From Bilabrum cf. latius (lineage: Eukaryota), in assembly GCA_965178125.1 (NCBI GenBank), contig OZ237759.1:682001-746000 (forward strand): a stretch of DNA of 64,000 bases, given 5' to 3'. This document shows, one piece after another, positions 1 through 14,000 of this stretch. Both the position numbers and the translations under genes were made by a program. Numbering within the stretch: position 1 is the stretch's first letter; each line of letters opens with the position of its first letter. Below the pieces are notes generated by a model. The model searched no databases, was not told the origin of the DNA, and saw only the letters and a program-made list of their open reading frames with translations.

Positions 1-1560
1 CGCATTATCGCCAATCACATTCTGCCGAAGTGGGTGTCCGAGCAGTCGGCCATCTTGCAAGATGCCAGCGCCCCAGTGGAGAAATTCATCAGGAGACTCA
101 TTCGGAAAGGCCGCCCAGCCGGGCCGCTGCTCGCGTACCTCATGCGGCCCAGTGCGCATGCGCTCGAGGATGCAATTTTTGTTCGACTCCACGAAAAAAT
201 GCCGTAGCTCAACAGTGAGCCGCCGTTTGATATGAGTGGTGATGGACACCAGGTCATGGGGAAAAAAGAGAAACTTTGTGCGGACTGGATTCGACAACAC
301 TGTTGCAGGGCCGACGCGAGTTCCCGTGCATGGCTAGAGCAAACTTTGACTGCGGTGAGGACTTTAATGTGTCAGCTTCAACTGTGCGGTCAGATGCCCT
401 CTGCTGCCCTGGATTTCATATGCGAGCCTTTCCCTGACAGTGGGCTGCTGAAGAATGCTCGCACGATTGCATAGGAATGGATTCACCGCGGGACAACTGG
501 ATTCCTCGGAGCCAACCAGGACCAACGCGCCGGTTCGTCTCTGAATGTAGAAGAGTCGAGATCAGAAGTGCCAGCGCTATCCTCATCACTAACACCCGCA
601 TCTGCGCCAGCTCTGAACGTGCCGACTCGTCACATGCGGAGTGAAACGCAGTCAATCATGCCACGCCGGCTTCCATTGAGGCGCAGAGCAACCGGAGCAC
701 CCAGCTCCACGGCCCATGGTGCGCGTACAAAAGTAGCTGTAGCCTGTCAATCTGCGCAAAGTGCTGCCCAAACGCTGGAATGTGCCGGATTTCAGGCTAA
801 TACCGATGATACTAGAGCAAGACGTCAACGATCGGCCACGTCCTGTGCGGACACCGCAAGACATCAAGGATCAGCCACGTCCAGTGGGGACAGTGCAAGA
901 CGTCACGGATCGGCCATGTCCAGTGGGGACAGTGCAAGACGTCAAGGATCGGCCACGTCCAGTGGGGACAGCGCAAGACGTCAAGGATCGGCCATGTCCA
1001 GTGGGGAAGTAGTTGAACCGCATAGCACCGTAATAATAAGCCGGATACCCATATTCAGGCGGGGCTCTGCGTAGGCGCTACCCGCTGCACGGCTTGTCGA
1101 CGAGATGGAACTGCACAAGGCAGCCCAGGGGTGCGTGGATCGGGATCAGGATGCGGATCCGGATCCGGATAGGCTTAAGTTTTGTCAGTAGTACCGCAGT
1201 AAGTTGGGGGCCCTTCCTTTGAACCGGGACGGTGAGAAGTCTGCTGCAGCTCCGGTCAAGGGAGTGAGCATGCAAGGAGTTGGAGATGCAAGATGGCGAG
1301 CTGGTGCAGTGCAGGGTCAATGCAGTGCCTGTGCAGGCAGCAGAGCCGAGCTTGAAGTGCAAAGGAACGCAATGGGGCACAGTGCAGCTGCCAAGATGAT
1401 TGCTGGAAATAATGCTCCCACAGACATGCAGCTTGCCACGTTCGACACGCGTGCGGTGTTAGCTGCAAGGGCAGCTGGGCACGGGGCCAACGTGCATGGA
1501 CCACGCGATGCTCAAAAGGCGATCGAAATGATAATTGCTGGTTTGGATGGAATCAATTGA
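1..1560 (+). CDS. Hypothetical protein, 5'-truncated by the window edge (TAG read as Gln)
   Basis: Frame 1 is open from base 1 to TGA 1558-1560 apart from four TAGs (205, 472, 1072, 1189). It joins track ORFs 232-474, 568-1074 and 1204-1560. No recognisable domain. Confidence 0.7.
817..1007 (+). repeat. 39-bp tandem repeat, ~5 copies, coding (13-aa unit ARRQGSA[TM]SSGDS)
   Basis: Unit GCAAGACGTCAAGGATCGGCCACGTCCAGTGGGGACAGT with a few substitutions; copies start at 817, 856, 895, 934 and 973. Confidence 0.92.
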
Positions 1561-2016
1561 TGTATACTCGTGTATATTTAGACGCTTTGCTTGGTCAATC
1601 GGCCCGGCCTATTCCCCCTTTCTATGGATAGCTATTCTGGATCCCCTGTGTGGGTATCGGGCAGATGACCCGGCTGACCAGCTCATCCCACCGGTCCTCC
1701 ACCCAGCTAATGAGCTTTCGCTTGTTTCCTCCTCCACCCCTAGTGCCTTGCTTGACCTGTCCCCGACCTTTTCCTCCTTAGCTTCACTTCATCGCATCCG
1801 ACCCTGCACATTTAAGGGGGGCTGCGTCCAGCGCGTGACCTCGATCTTAGAGACCGTATTGGCTTCACCGAGTAGCCTTCACGCAGCTGGCGGTCACTAT
1901 CCTTTTGGATACTGCTTCCGCTTTCGTAGCGCGGTATCAAGACCTCCTTGAATCATGCTCTTAAATTGGGGTTTCCCCCTTCACAAACACACCAAACCGG
2001 CCACCCGCGCACGGCG

Positions 2017-5000
2017 TCACGTGAACTTCACATGTTCGGACTCGTTGGAGCGAGAGCTCGGTTCCTCTCTTGGGTGGCTTCCGGGACCGGGGCCCTCGTG
2101 CGCCTACAAGGGAAGGTAGCCGTACGGGTTTATCGCATATTGTGCGGCCTGTAGGTGCCCCCCGTCCGTATTGAGACCGTGATCCGCTCGAGTACCGTAA
2201 ATACCCACCGGCTCAGGTACTGATGGAGCCGCTGCCGTTGGAGGTGCAGGTCGAATGGGACCCGCCGCCCCGCTCCACTGGAACTGCCCATCACCATGGC
2301 GACCGTGCTCCGCTTGAAAGCCGTTAATACCCACCGGCGCAACTACCAATGGAGGCTGGTATGACCCACCTCCGTGCGGAAGTGCTGGCGGATCGACCAC
2401 TACAGCTGGCGGGGCCGTCGGGTCGCCCTCACGAACCGCCTCAGCACCTTCCGCGGGAGGGTCTCCTGCTTGCCCTTGCTGCGCTTGGTGTACGGCCACG
2501 CCACAGCAACGTAAGCATCCTATCCAGACGCACGCTGCGCCCAAGGTACAAGCCACCACCAATCCGCCGACGAATGCACCAGCAGCAATCTCGATCACCT
2601 CTCGCAGAGGCATATCATGCTTGCCCACAGGAGAGGCACACGGGGATGGCTGGTAAACAGGGGAAGGTGATGGAGATGCAGATGGTATGGGTGCTCTTGA
2701 TGGCGACGGGGATGGTGACGGCGAAGGGGTGGGTGACGGGGTCGGGGTGCTCCGCCAGGCGGTCGCCACCACGTGGATCTCCTGCGCGTGTGGCCCCTGT
2801 GCCATCACGCCAATCACATTGACTTGCTGCGACCCGACAGACAACGTGGTTAGATTGACAAGGGGTACCCCCGGCACAGGAAACACATTCGTGTATAGTT
2901 TCCCGTTCACAGTGACGGCGTCGGATGGCCGGAATACTCCCATGCTGCTGGCGCAGGACTGCATCCCCGCATATATAGTGCCGCCTTGGCACACGACAGC
3001 TCGCACCGGAGCGGTTGGTCCCCATTGGCAGCCCCAGTGTGGCCGGACCCTCCACGGCATTTCTACCACGGATCCATCGTCCAACACAGAGGTACCCCAC
3101 ACCGAAGGAGGGTCGGCACCGACGGAGTACAGCGCCATCAATGTGTAGGCCACGCCACCGCTTATACCCTGCATCCCCAATGGTCCAACGTTCCCAGCAG
3201 CTATCATGGTGGTCCCCTTGAAGAAGGCACTAGCATCTTCACCGTACTGTTGCGATGAATGATCTCCCGTGCCGGCAATGCCTGCCTCCAAGCTACGCGA
3301 CCGTTGCAGCGCCCCTGGCAGGACCCCTCCGTCCGCGACTACGTCAAACGACGATACGAAGCTCTTGGCCTCGTAGGAGCCGCGCATCAGCTGCAGCTAG
3401 CCCGAGGCCAGCAAACCCGGGGTGGAAGTCGCTGGATCACCAGGCCCGTATGCTTGCTGCATTGCTACAAATGCATCTTTCTGACAGGACAGCCCTCCCA
3501 TTACAGCACGCATCTAGCTCGGAAGCTTCCAAACTGTGCTGTTTGTCCGGATGTCAATGGCCCCAATGGTAGGGCACACCACTTCGAGCTCCGAATCGTT
3601 CGGAGAAGTAGACAGGCACTGCGCAGGGTGTCCGTGAGGTCCCTCGGATGCCGCATCGTCGGTGTTGGAATGCGTGACGGTAGGCACGTACATCGTGGCA
3701 AGCAGCGAGTCCCCACACAAAGCAATGGGAGAAGCAGGATCAAACAGGACATAAGGCACACCTGAGGCCCAATGGATCCGTTCTGGAGGTCGCACATGAG
3801 GTTGCCACACATCCATGACATACAACCCACCAAAACCGTTGGTGTACGGTGCGCCTGCATCGGCGACCAGCATGTACATTGGGCAGGTGCCTGCGGCTAT
3901 GCTGCACTAGCCAATGACTGCCTACATGACCCTGAATCCTCCCTGCTGCGAATAGACTTTCCGCATCGCGAGGTTGCCCTCAGCATCCACAATGACGATG
4001 GACAAGTCGGCACTGCTGATGGCAGGCAGCAGCAAAATAACCCGCTGGTACTGCTCTGCCCCTGCCGGGCTTGCCGGCGCCAGAAGCAGCTGCGGAGGAC
4101 TGGGAGGGAAAGGGTTCCAGTTCTCGACGCTGGCGAGCTCTCCCACCGTGAAGAACTTCATGCTATAGGAGCGTCTGGCAAATAGCATGTACCTGAACCC
4201 TGGCGGTGCCCCGATTCCTTGGACATACACGACGTACTGCGTCCCCTTGGGATCGATAACAAGGTTGGAAGGGGTGTACACGCTTGCCCAATCGAAGCCG
4301 CTTACCAGGTGTGTCGCTGCGGACAACCGTGCGGTGGCGTTTATGGGGCCGGGCGCTGCAGGATTGGTGCCACTCCGCCCGCTCCCACCTCCAGCCATCC
4401 CCCAAATTTCCATGCTAGTGTTGGGCGGGTTGGGTGTGGGCAGTGGTGGCGGTGACGGCACGACCTAGCTGCTGGCCTTGGCTTGCACCAGGGTAAACTT
4501 GGTCCCAGTCCCTTGCAGCATCGTGAGATGCACCGCGTTCATTCCCAGCGCGAGACCGGAGAACCACCATCCCTTGGATGCCCCCGGCGAGTATATGACA
4601 CGCCCTTCGATCACCGGCCCCGTTGGACCAACCGATGCAGTCAGGGCTTCAAGCGGCCTAAATACAACGATGGCGTCGCTCTCCTGAGTGCCACTACTCC
4701 CAGTCGAGGCCTGAGGGACGGCAGCAGCAGCGGCGTACACGATCCCATCTGGCTGCATGGCCAGGCACGACATGAGCCGCAGCTGAAATTGATTCAGGGT
4801 TGGGACGTCGAGCTTCACGTAGGCCTGGTTGGAGATTTGTACGGGATCGTACCCGGCTTCGGCGCTAGTCTGGAACTTGGGCAGGCCCACAAACACGTAG
4901 TGGCTGTACCGAGGGAGCTGTCGTACTTCGTGTTCCCTCGCCGTGATGAGAACCGCAGCTTCCTGGCACTTTGGTGTAATCTTTGTTGAGCAGAACTGGG

Positions 5001-6275
5001 CCAGGAGAGGCGCAGCGGTGATGGCCTCGTCGAAATGGTCGTCGTCCCAGTGCTTGTAGGACGACGAGTCGTCGTGGTCGTCGTCGTGCCACTGCCACGA
5101 CCCAGCGTACGGCAAGTATGTGGTCAGGGGGGGATACTTTCTCACGTCGTCCCACACCATGTAATGCAGGTTGTCGGCATGATATCCCGTCGAGTTGAGC
5201 TGCACCAGCCCTGCCATCCACGTCCCCTGGCACGCGACCCCCGAGGAGTGAAACTCCGAATGCTACGGCATGCTCCAGAGCACCTATCCGGTCCACCTGT
5301 CGATCCCCTGAAGCACAGTGCACTTGTAGTAGGGCTCCTGGCAGTGTTTAGGAGCCTCTCCGTTCATCCATCCGCTGACCACCACGACCTCTCCGCACAG
5401 CACAGCCTGGTCCTGCACGCCGATGAATTCGACGACCTTCGTAGCGGGGTGGCTCGGGTTCCAGGCATCCATTACCATTAGCGTGCCGGGGTACTGGTGG
5501 GACACCTGGCTAATGTAGTGGATGGGGCACCGGCTGGAGGTGGGCGAGCAGGGGCCTGTCACGGCCGTCAGCGGCACGGCAGCAGCAGCGTTCCACCACT
5601 CTATCGAGCGGTTGGACGCGTTGATAATCATGTAGCTCGCTCCTCCAAGCAGGATTCTCGTATCATCGGATACTTGCCGCTTGGGAAGCATCAGGGTGTG
5701 CGTGTACTGGCACTCCCAGGCGGAACGGTCGTCTCTCAGGCTGTAGGACTGGACTGCTGCCGAAGGAGACTGGCGCACGATCAGGGTAACCGTATTTCCC
5801 TGGCAGGTTACAACGTAGAGAACCCCTTCGTTGTCGATGAGTACGTTCGACCATGGAAACTGCTGCAGGTTAGTCTCGGTAGATTCCAGCGCCTGGTCGT
5901 GCGGGGGCAGCTCCTGCAGAGGGCCCCAAGCCAGTAGCTGCATCCGCGAATTTCCGGAATTTCCATTGGGGCTCGACCATACTAGTGGATCAGCCACTAC
6001 TGTGCTCCTGTTCTAGTAGCGCCGGCTGCTACGGCCTATGTCCAGCCGTCGAAGCTGCCTTCCCTGCTCCCCCCGTGATATCTGTCCCACAGATGGCCTG
6101 CTTTACGGCAGCAATAAGAAATATATATTTAATTGAAATTGCTACGGTGTCATACTGAGCAAATCATTCTAAAATGGCCTCACCATACTCCGTGGAGAAT
6201 CGCGAGAAATCCAACCACCGACATGCAAAGCAACAGCGCAGCTTGCACCGTACACCACCGACGTCCCGATATCAT
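2017..6275 (-). CDS. Type I membrane protein (~1,390 aa) with a duplicated beta-rich ectodomain, Pro/Ser stalk and one TM helix; 2 exons (6275-6184, 6097-2017)
   Basis: Track ORFs 5284-5997, 4465-5217, 3922-4461, 3514-3879 and 2104-3387 share one frame and are separated only by TAG (9 TAGs); stop is TGA at 2019-2017. Exon 1 encodes a signal-like MISGRRWCTVQAALLLCMSVVGFLAILHGVW. A GTGAG...CAG intron at 6183-6098 restores the frame. TM segment IAAGAFVGGLVVACTLGAACVWIGC follows (PS)n. Confidence 0.8.
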
Positions 6276-6880
6276 CGGTATGATAATTATGTTGACGTGT
6301 ACAAAATCAAAGCAGGCATGCCTCTGTGAGCCGTGGTCGGGCAGCTTCAGCGTTCACTGGCATTCCGAGTCGTCGATTGTGCCGGTACAGGAAAATTCAA
6401 TTAAAGTCTAGACACGATTGCTATCGCTGGTCAACGAGGCTGTCTATCACGGTTTACTACAGGTATCGCTTTGACGAATGCAGGCGGTCATCATGGGTGG
6501 CCGGGTGTGTGCGGTGTGAGACCGACCTGAGCCAAGACATGGAGAGAAGGGAGGTCACCCAGGAGCGAGGAGAGCATACGTTCCACGGTTGCATGCGACG
6601 GATGCCCTGCCGGTGGATGCTGGAGGACGGTAACTTGCCTGCTGGTGGTCACGGCACATGTGCTGGCAGCTAGTCAAGGGGAGCACGTCCCTCAGCGGCA
6701 GACGAACCATACTACAAACGCTAGCACTTGTCGTTGACTCTACCTGTACCTCGGTTGCAATGCTAACGGAAAGTTTCGTCCTGAACCGCGCGCTGCCAGG
6801 TGGGCCAGGCAGTGCCTGATCTATTGAGGTTCCGCCATCGTTGCGCGGCGATCTCGGCAAGTTCAGATAGACACTCTGAC

Positions 6881-7717
6881 ATGGCAGCTGTGAGTGGTAC
6901 GTCAGGTACCGATGCCGATGAGGAGATAATATGCTCTGCTGAGTCATCGGGCGAGGATGGTCAGTTCGACGCAGCAGTTGGTGTGCTGGAGGAGGCCCTA
7001 GTGTCCCCAGAATTCAAGAATCGACACGATAGCTGGTGCAGGAAGAACTGTTCCAGAATAGAGCCCCCTGCAGAACATAGCAAAGGAGGACTGTCCGAAG
7101 GAGAGTTCTCACTGGAAGCACATGCTGCATTCTAGGAGTACACCCACATGATTGGTGAGACGCAAACGGCGTCTGTTGCCCTCTGCAGCTAGACCGTGTC
7201 ATAGTTACGTATTATTGTGTCCCAGCACTTTGGCCTACCTTTCTATGCAGAACATCACCTTGAGTCAAGCCTCAGCCGAGCGATTGAATCGGCCAAGTCA
7301 GGTGAAGGTTCCGACGGCGCTGCGCCAATGTCCATGGAGGAGCTCGGCGCCGCCCTCGCAGCGAGGGCAGAAGCAGGAGACGAGCCAATGGACAGCGAAG
7401 TATTCGACCTTTTATTTTCACTCGGCGATTTCGGGGAGTTCGCGTCCCTGATGCTGAGCTGGAGGGAGCAGGTCGAGGCGGAGGCCGCCGGGGATGGTGG
7501 GTCCGGCCAAGGGTTCGGTATTTCGGTGACTTCGGCGGCCCCCAATGCCAGCGAAGGCCCTGCAGCCACGATGGGAATTTAGGGTCTGACAATTACCAGC
7601 AGTGGAGCCTCGGTGGGTGGTATTGCAGGAGGTTTGCTCTCGGCCTCCCCCATCGATCTAGGTGGGGGCGGCGCTGCCGACGGCTTAGAGGGTAGGTCGA
7701 GGGGCGGTTTAGATTGA
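6881..7717 (+). CDS. BART-domain (ARL2-binding protein-like) protein, ~246 aa; exons 6881-7154 and 7251-7717
   Basis: FDAAVGVLEEALVSPEF...FSLEAHAAF(TAG)EYTHMIEHHLE...EVFDLLFSLGDFGEFASLMLSWR fits the BART/ARL2BP pattern. The 96-nt GTGAG...GCAG intron joins in frame. TAG at 7133 and 7580; TGA at 7715-7717. Confidence 0.8.
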
Positions 7718-8087
7718 TATTAGCAAATAGTAGTATCGGTGTGATCAATTGCATCAATTGGATTGATGGTATCCCCAGGATCTAGTTGCGCTAGGTTGCG
7801 CGGCGCCAATGCCAGTTCCGCCGGCGCTGACGATCTCGGCAAATGGATTCGTTTCGTGGCAGGCAGCATACCACACAAACAAGGTGCCGAAACGCGATAA
7901 GCTGGATCCCTGCGCATATAAATACATTATATTTGTAACCACACGGGTTATTAGCTCAACAAGACAGTTAGTGGCGGGGTTGTAGCTCGCTCCTTTTGTG
8001 ATGACGCTCGCCATCACGATAGAGTGACTTGCGCACAATCTGCACATTTGGGCTCCCAGCCGTAGCTGACGGATGCTTTAAGCAGAA

Positions 8088-11000
8088 ATGGCTCATAGAA
8101 GCGGTTCCGGCAGTGTAGCTAAGCGTATTGTGCGTACGATGTCAGTGGCTGAAAAGCAGCCAACTGTTGCAAGCGTTGCCTCGGTATATGATCCCTACTA
8201 TGTATAGGTATGCCATTCACTCGTCACAATATTATTTGCTTTAACGCTTGTATAGTTCGTTGCCGTGCCTCGGTGGCGTGCAGCGGGTGATGCTCCCGTT
8301 GTCGTTGTTCAAAGGCAGACTGACCCAGTCGCCGTGGTGTGCATAGCACTATCGATACTTCTAGGTTCTGCAATCAGTTCCGTTGCAATGGATTACTGGT
8401 ACGTGCACAAACGCGGCTAGTCTGTACATTTGTCGGCCGACAGCGATGCGAGGCATGCGAATGGTGAGGTCGCAGAGGATGCCGTTTAGCCCAACTCCCA
8501 TGGTCGCAGTGTTTCACCGATTCCGAGCCCATACTTTGCTTTTCACTGTATCACAGGTATTCGCTGTGTGTGGTGCTGCGCACATGGCAACCGTGCGTAG
8601 GACGGATCGAGTGAGCAAGCAGCCGGGCACTCTGAGCCGGCTTTGGCCCACAGCGGCAACCGCGGAGCAGACCCAGTGGAATCCAGGTTTATTTGGTGCG
8701 CGCTAGCATGCGTGCGCATCATGCGGGGCGCGCTTGTTGGGGGAAGCACAGGCGGTAGCTGCCTGCTCGGTTGCTGCTTGTGCGCGCGTCGGTCCAGCAC
8801 CGGCCATCAGCCTCACCAAGCCACCGGCAATAGCCAGTAGCCCCGGCCCGACATGCATCACGCAGTGCAGCACCACGCTCCATTGAACTCACGCTGGGTA
8901 GATTTGCTTGAGGCTCAGCTGGAGGAAGCGGCAGGCATCTGCAGCCAAGCAAGTGCTTAGGCTGCCGCTGACCGAGCACTTCCGGAATTGGTCGCACCCA
9001 TGCCCCTCACGCGCGGCGGGCATTCATAGATTAGCAGCCAGCAAGACGACCCAACCAATGCACGAGGTCTCGCATCAATTTCTCGCAGTAGCGAAAACGG
9101 CGACGGAAATGCTTCAGATGCAGATCGAATGCCTTCGGCGGCTGCCCCCCACACCGAGTACGCTGGTGGTGGGAGCAGCTCCACTGGCAGCGAGGATCGA
9201 TTCGTGACATCCGGGCGCCCGTCCTCCACGCAGCATATGCATGGAAACGATCCATCCCTAGCGATGTCACAGGCACCGGCAGCCAGGCAAATGGTCACGG
9301 AAGCGTCTGCACAGGCAGCCCGATTCATCGCACAGGTCGCCATTCCGCTATGGGCTCTGCTGCTGCTCACCATTTTCTCGATGGTGGAAGACTTCTGGTC
9401 CGGCGCGGGAAGGGGCGCCAGGAAAGTGTTGGCGATGTGGGTGTTTTGGCCCGTTCTCGCCCCTCTGGACTACGACAGGGCAGCGGTGCCGTGGGTCACC
9501 ATGCAGCTGGCGTACCTCGCGTGGACTTGTGGGCTTTATGCCGCCATCGGGGAGACCAAATCGGACTGGCCGTTCGGACGGCAGGACATTGATTTGCTCC
9601 CAGAAAGTACACGCTACAGTTAGACGAGCCCGCTCGGAATTAACGGAGTGGGGCAGTCCCTCTCCTTGCTGGTGGTGCTGTCGGCCTCGGCTCTCCTCGT
9701 GCCGGTTGCAACCTACATCGATCGGGCGGTGCTGCGGTGGCGGCTGGAGCGATCCAAGCAGCAGCTGCGGAACTTGGCGCGCGGCGCCCAGCACCAGCGC
9801 GACGCCATCACGCAGGCTGTCCGTGACTCTGTGCCTCCTTTCGCCCAGGAGTGCATGGAGGTTGGAGTGGCCGCGTTTGAGAGCACCCCGGTGGTGATTG
9901 CCGCCAACATCGTGCTGCCAACCACGGTTGCCCGGCTTCGTGGAGAGACAGTCGCACCGCGCTAGAACAACGCACTCACTCAAATGCAGCGCATTGCAGA
10001 CCCCGGGGTACCTCTCGTTGGCTCGTACTAGAGCGCTCATGCAGAATTCCCGAGTAGCGAGGATGCGGGTGTGACGAGTGGTCATGGTGGTCGGACGAAT
10101 GAAGAAGAGAACGCAACGAGCGGATCACAGGCGGGCCGGGTACCCCGCCCCGGCATCGTCACAGGGCGAATAGGAGCGAGCGGGCGCGGTGCCGGGGCTG
10201 CTGCTGGAAGTGAGAGCGACGCCCAGCCGCCCGGTGACTCGATAGGCAGTTTCCAGTCAGGCTCCATCTTGCAGATCGGATCAAGAACGGAGAGGGCGAC
10301 GAGCCGGGCGACCTCAGCGTCTGGCACCTCATAGAACGGGGAGGGGCCGGTGAGGGAAGGCATCCTGACGGGGGGGCGGTCCTCCACGGTCGCGATCGCA
10401 TTCGCTGGGGGTGCCCCCACCACTATCCCTAGCAGCAATCACCGCGGCGGTGGCTCCGGCGGCAAAGCGAGCGCCTCTCGAGCTGCGCACATCGGTTCCG
10501 CTGGTCCGAGTCGTATGGCGGTACCGTCTGTGGCGGTTCCACCTGTTGTTCCCCCGGTGATCTTGGCTGCAGCGCGCCTCGCAAGCGTGCTGGACGGAGA
10601 CGTCGGAAACGTGACCGGTCACCGCGTGCACGCTGCCATCTTGCAGCACGTGTTCAGAGACAGGCAAAGATCCAGCATTCCGCAGACAGGGTTAGCTTCG
10701 TAGCAAGAAGGGGCAGGCAGTGGCCGAATCCGTGTTAGGTAGCCGCAAGACCTCCTCATGGCAGACGCGCCAAGAGGGGGCATATTCGGTTTAGGGACTG
10801 ACGAGGCGACCGGCAGCGGTACCAATGAGCGGGCAGCACCGTATGCCGAGTCGAGCACCCTGCCTAGCGAGCTGGACATGGTGGGGCTGGTGCACCGCGT
10901 TTGCGCCAACCGCAAGAAGGCGGCTGCATCGGTGAGGCAGCACAGGAGGAAGCTCGGCAGGATGGCAGTAGATCAAGACCTGGCATCTTCGTCCCTTGGC

Positions 11001-14000
11001 GTGCTGACCCGCAATGCAATGCAGCACCTGGACTGGCTTGCGGGGTTTCCGTGGGGCATGGCCGCGGGCGCTGCCAACATCGACAAGGTCGCGCAGGGCG
11101 CGGCCAGCGACCTCATTGGAAGTTCCGCAAAAGTGCGCGGCGCCGCCCGCCGCCCGCGCTAGCGAGAAGGTGCGCGCAAGCCAGAGCTATCTAACGGTGA
11201 CAGCGACGCCGTGTGGCTCGCAACGGTCGGGATGCTGACGCCCGCCAGGCAGAGCGAGTCCTCGGATCACGCGGTCAGGAAGGATCTGGAGGTGGTGAGC
11301 GTGCTACGCGCTGTGCTCGCTGCCTGCAACGCGGCGCAGCAAATCGTAGACCAGAGGGAAGAGGAGAGCCGGCGAGAGCGAGATCGTGACATGCAGCACC
11401 AATCCAGGCAAGGGACGGATGGGACTACCAGAGGCAGAGAAGGGCAACAGCACGACGATCCACCGGTGGAGCACGGCTGCCTGTGTATGGGAATTTTTGT
11501 TCCCTCGTCCTCGAGTCCGCCCATGACCATAGGATTGCTGGGGACGCGACAGCAGCCGCAGGAGTGGCGTGCGGTAGGCGGGGGCTAGGAGGAGTCACAT
11601 GCCCTCGCGATCGCAGCAAGGTCACAGCTGGCGGATGCGATCGAGACGTACAGCAAGCCGACGGGCGCCCTATCAGCAGCAGCGCAGCGTGCTGCCAGCG
11701 GTCCCGCTAGACAAGCATCCTAGGGATCGTCTTTAGCTCTCGGTGGAAATAATACGAACTTTCCGTCTGCTGGGAAAGCTGGTGCCGGACCCGCCGCTGC
11801 CAACGGGGCCAACAACAGCGTGACCGCGGATCAATCCGACCGTGCTGATGAGAGTGACGGGCAGGTGGATACGGCGGAAGCAGCATTGAGAGCCGCGGCC
11901 CCGGGTAACAACACCAAGAGAAACCCACGAGATGGATCCGCAAGGAGAAGCGTCCGCATGTAGGAGCGGTCTTCGGAACTGCCAGCCAGGGGGGAAGGCG
12001 GAGCCACGGTGGTACGTGGGTTACCAGATAGTGCACGCAACAAAAACCAAGTGACCGAGGCCAGGAAGAAGCGCCTGCTGGTGCCATCGGGGGTGCTGTG
12101 CATGAACCGCAAGACCCAGCACAGAATCCTTGCGATCCTAAAGGTCCTGGAGCACGGCATCCAGGCGGCCACACAGTGGTACCTTGCCGTGGTGAGCGGG
12201 GCCGACGCGGAGCGGCGACAGCGTGCGCAATGGAACTAGGGCGGGCTGTTCCGCGTGGACGCAATGGGAAGCCGTTCCTTCAACCATGGCAGTGCCACTG
12301 GCTTGGAGTCAGACGATGGGTACGGGCCAAGCGGCAATACAGACATGTTCTCTGACCCTAGAATGCCCAGCGGCGACACGTCCGCACCTGGCCAGTATAC
12401 AGGGAGCAACAGCGCTGGCAATGACAACGAGAATCCGTTCGCATCGTCCTCGCAGGGTGACACTGCACCAGACCCGTACGCCGAGTACAGGCGCGACCTT
12501 GGCCTCCTGCAGACGGCCAAGGGGGCCGTAAAGCATGTCATCTACTGGTTTGAGAGTGGATCCACGCGGAAGAAGGATCTGCTGAGGCCCCCTTCACTGG
12601 CTCAGGGCTCCTTGCGGGGAGGGAGGGACCACTTCAGCTCCAGGAGGGGTCACAGGGGCGGCACAAAAGAGAGGGCAAGGCAATTATTGTCAGACAAGAT
12701 GTTCTTCCAGGTGCCCGTGGATCGGCCTGACGCGCCCTCGCAGTACTACCATCACTGGGACAGTGGCCTGGTCCTGCCAGAGGCACTGCAGCACGTGCTG
12801 CACGCGCTCGTGAGACCAAGCCAAGCTAGGGTACTGGTCAACGGCGGAAAGGAACCTTCCCTCGCCCCCGTAGTGGGGGACGAACCCCAGCGGAACATGG
12901 ACTCGCCGCCGCCTCATGCAAACGCATCAGGTGCCCACCCTTCACGTGCAAACTCGCCCCGGCAGCTCAACCAAGACTGGGTGGAGCACATGCTCCAGGG
13001 TCAAATGTCTCCCAGGGGCACCGACGCAGCGGCTCGCAGTAGCCGTTCGGCCCAGCACTCCTCAACGCGCCCGATCCAAGCAGGCAAGGCAAGCGCTTTG
13101 CATCGCAGCACTACCATTGGAAATCGGCAGCATGGAATTCACTAGGCCACAATGGATGCAGATATTGACCCGCGAGTAGCTAAAAGCCCCGAGACCCTCG
13201 TGCGCCTCGGTGCCATCACGTCCATCCTGCTGCCGGGGCTAGAGACGGCCTATGCTCAGCTTGACGACGCAAGAGGTGGGATCGCTCGCGATAGTCTCAA
13301 AGGACTTTCCGAAGGTGCTTCCAGCAAGCCATGGTACACCAAGCATGGCAGCTCGCGTGCTGCTCGTGTCTCGGCGCTTCCGGAGCAGGGACTCATCCTC
13401 CACTCGGGCCTTGTCATGGCGCTTCTCGGCGTGGGCACGCTGATCCAGGCCGCGTTCAATTCGTATGTCGCGGTAGCAACTGAAGCTGCGGCCGACGGGG
13501 TGTCGCTGAATAGCGCCTTTGATCCGGCCTAGGTGCTTGCCGCTTTCCCGTTGATTGTCTGTGCTCTGGCCATGGTTTGGGTCGGACTTGCCACCCACTG
13601 CAAGGGGTAGATTGTGGCGACCGGCACTGCCGCGTGGAGCTACGGCACTTTGCTTACTGCCTTCGTTGTCTATACCTTCTGCTTCAGGTTTGAGGCATTT
13701 GCGGAGCTTTGTGCCGCGCGCCGATCTGTACCAGACAGGGGTGCCATCGTGGTGGCGACCCTGCTTCTTGGTACACTGATCATTCGATCGATGAACGCTT
13801 CGTTTTGGAGCATAGTGTTTGCGGTGCTGCTGACCAACGCGGCGTCGGCTGGGCTCGCAACAACCATTCGGAGTGCCTTGGGTGGCGACGTTGGCAGGAC
13901 GGATGAAGAGGCAAAGGAGGCATGCACGGCAGTATGGGGCGATGGCGATGGGGACGTGGCATCGGGTGGCCTGTTCGCGCGAATTCTTGACTCGCTTACG

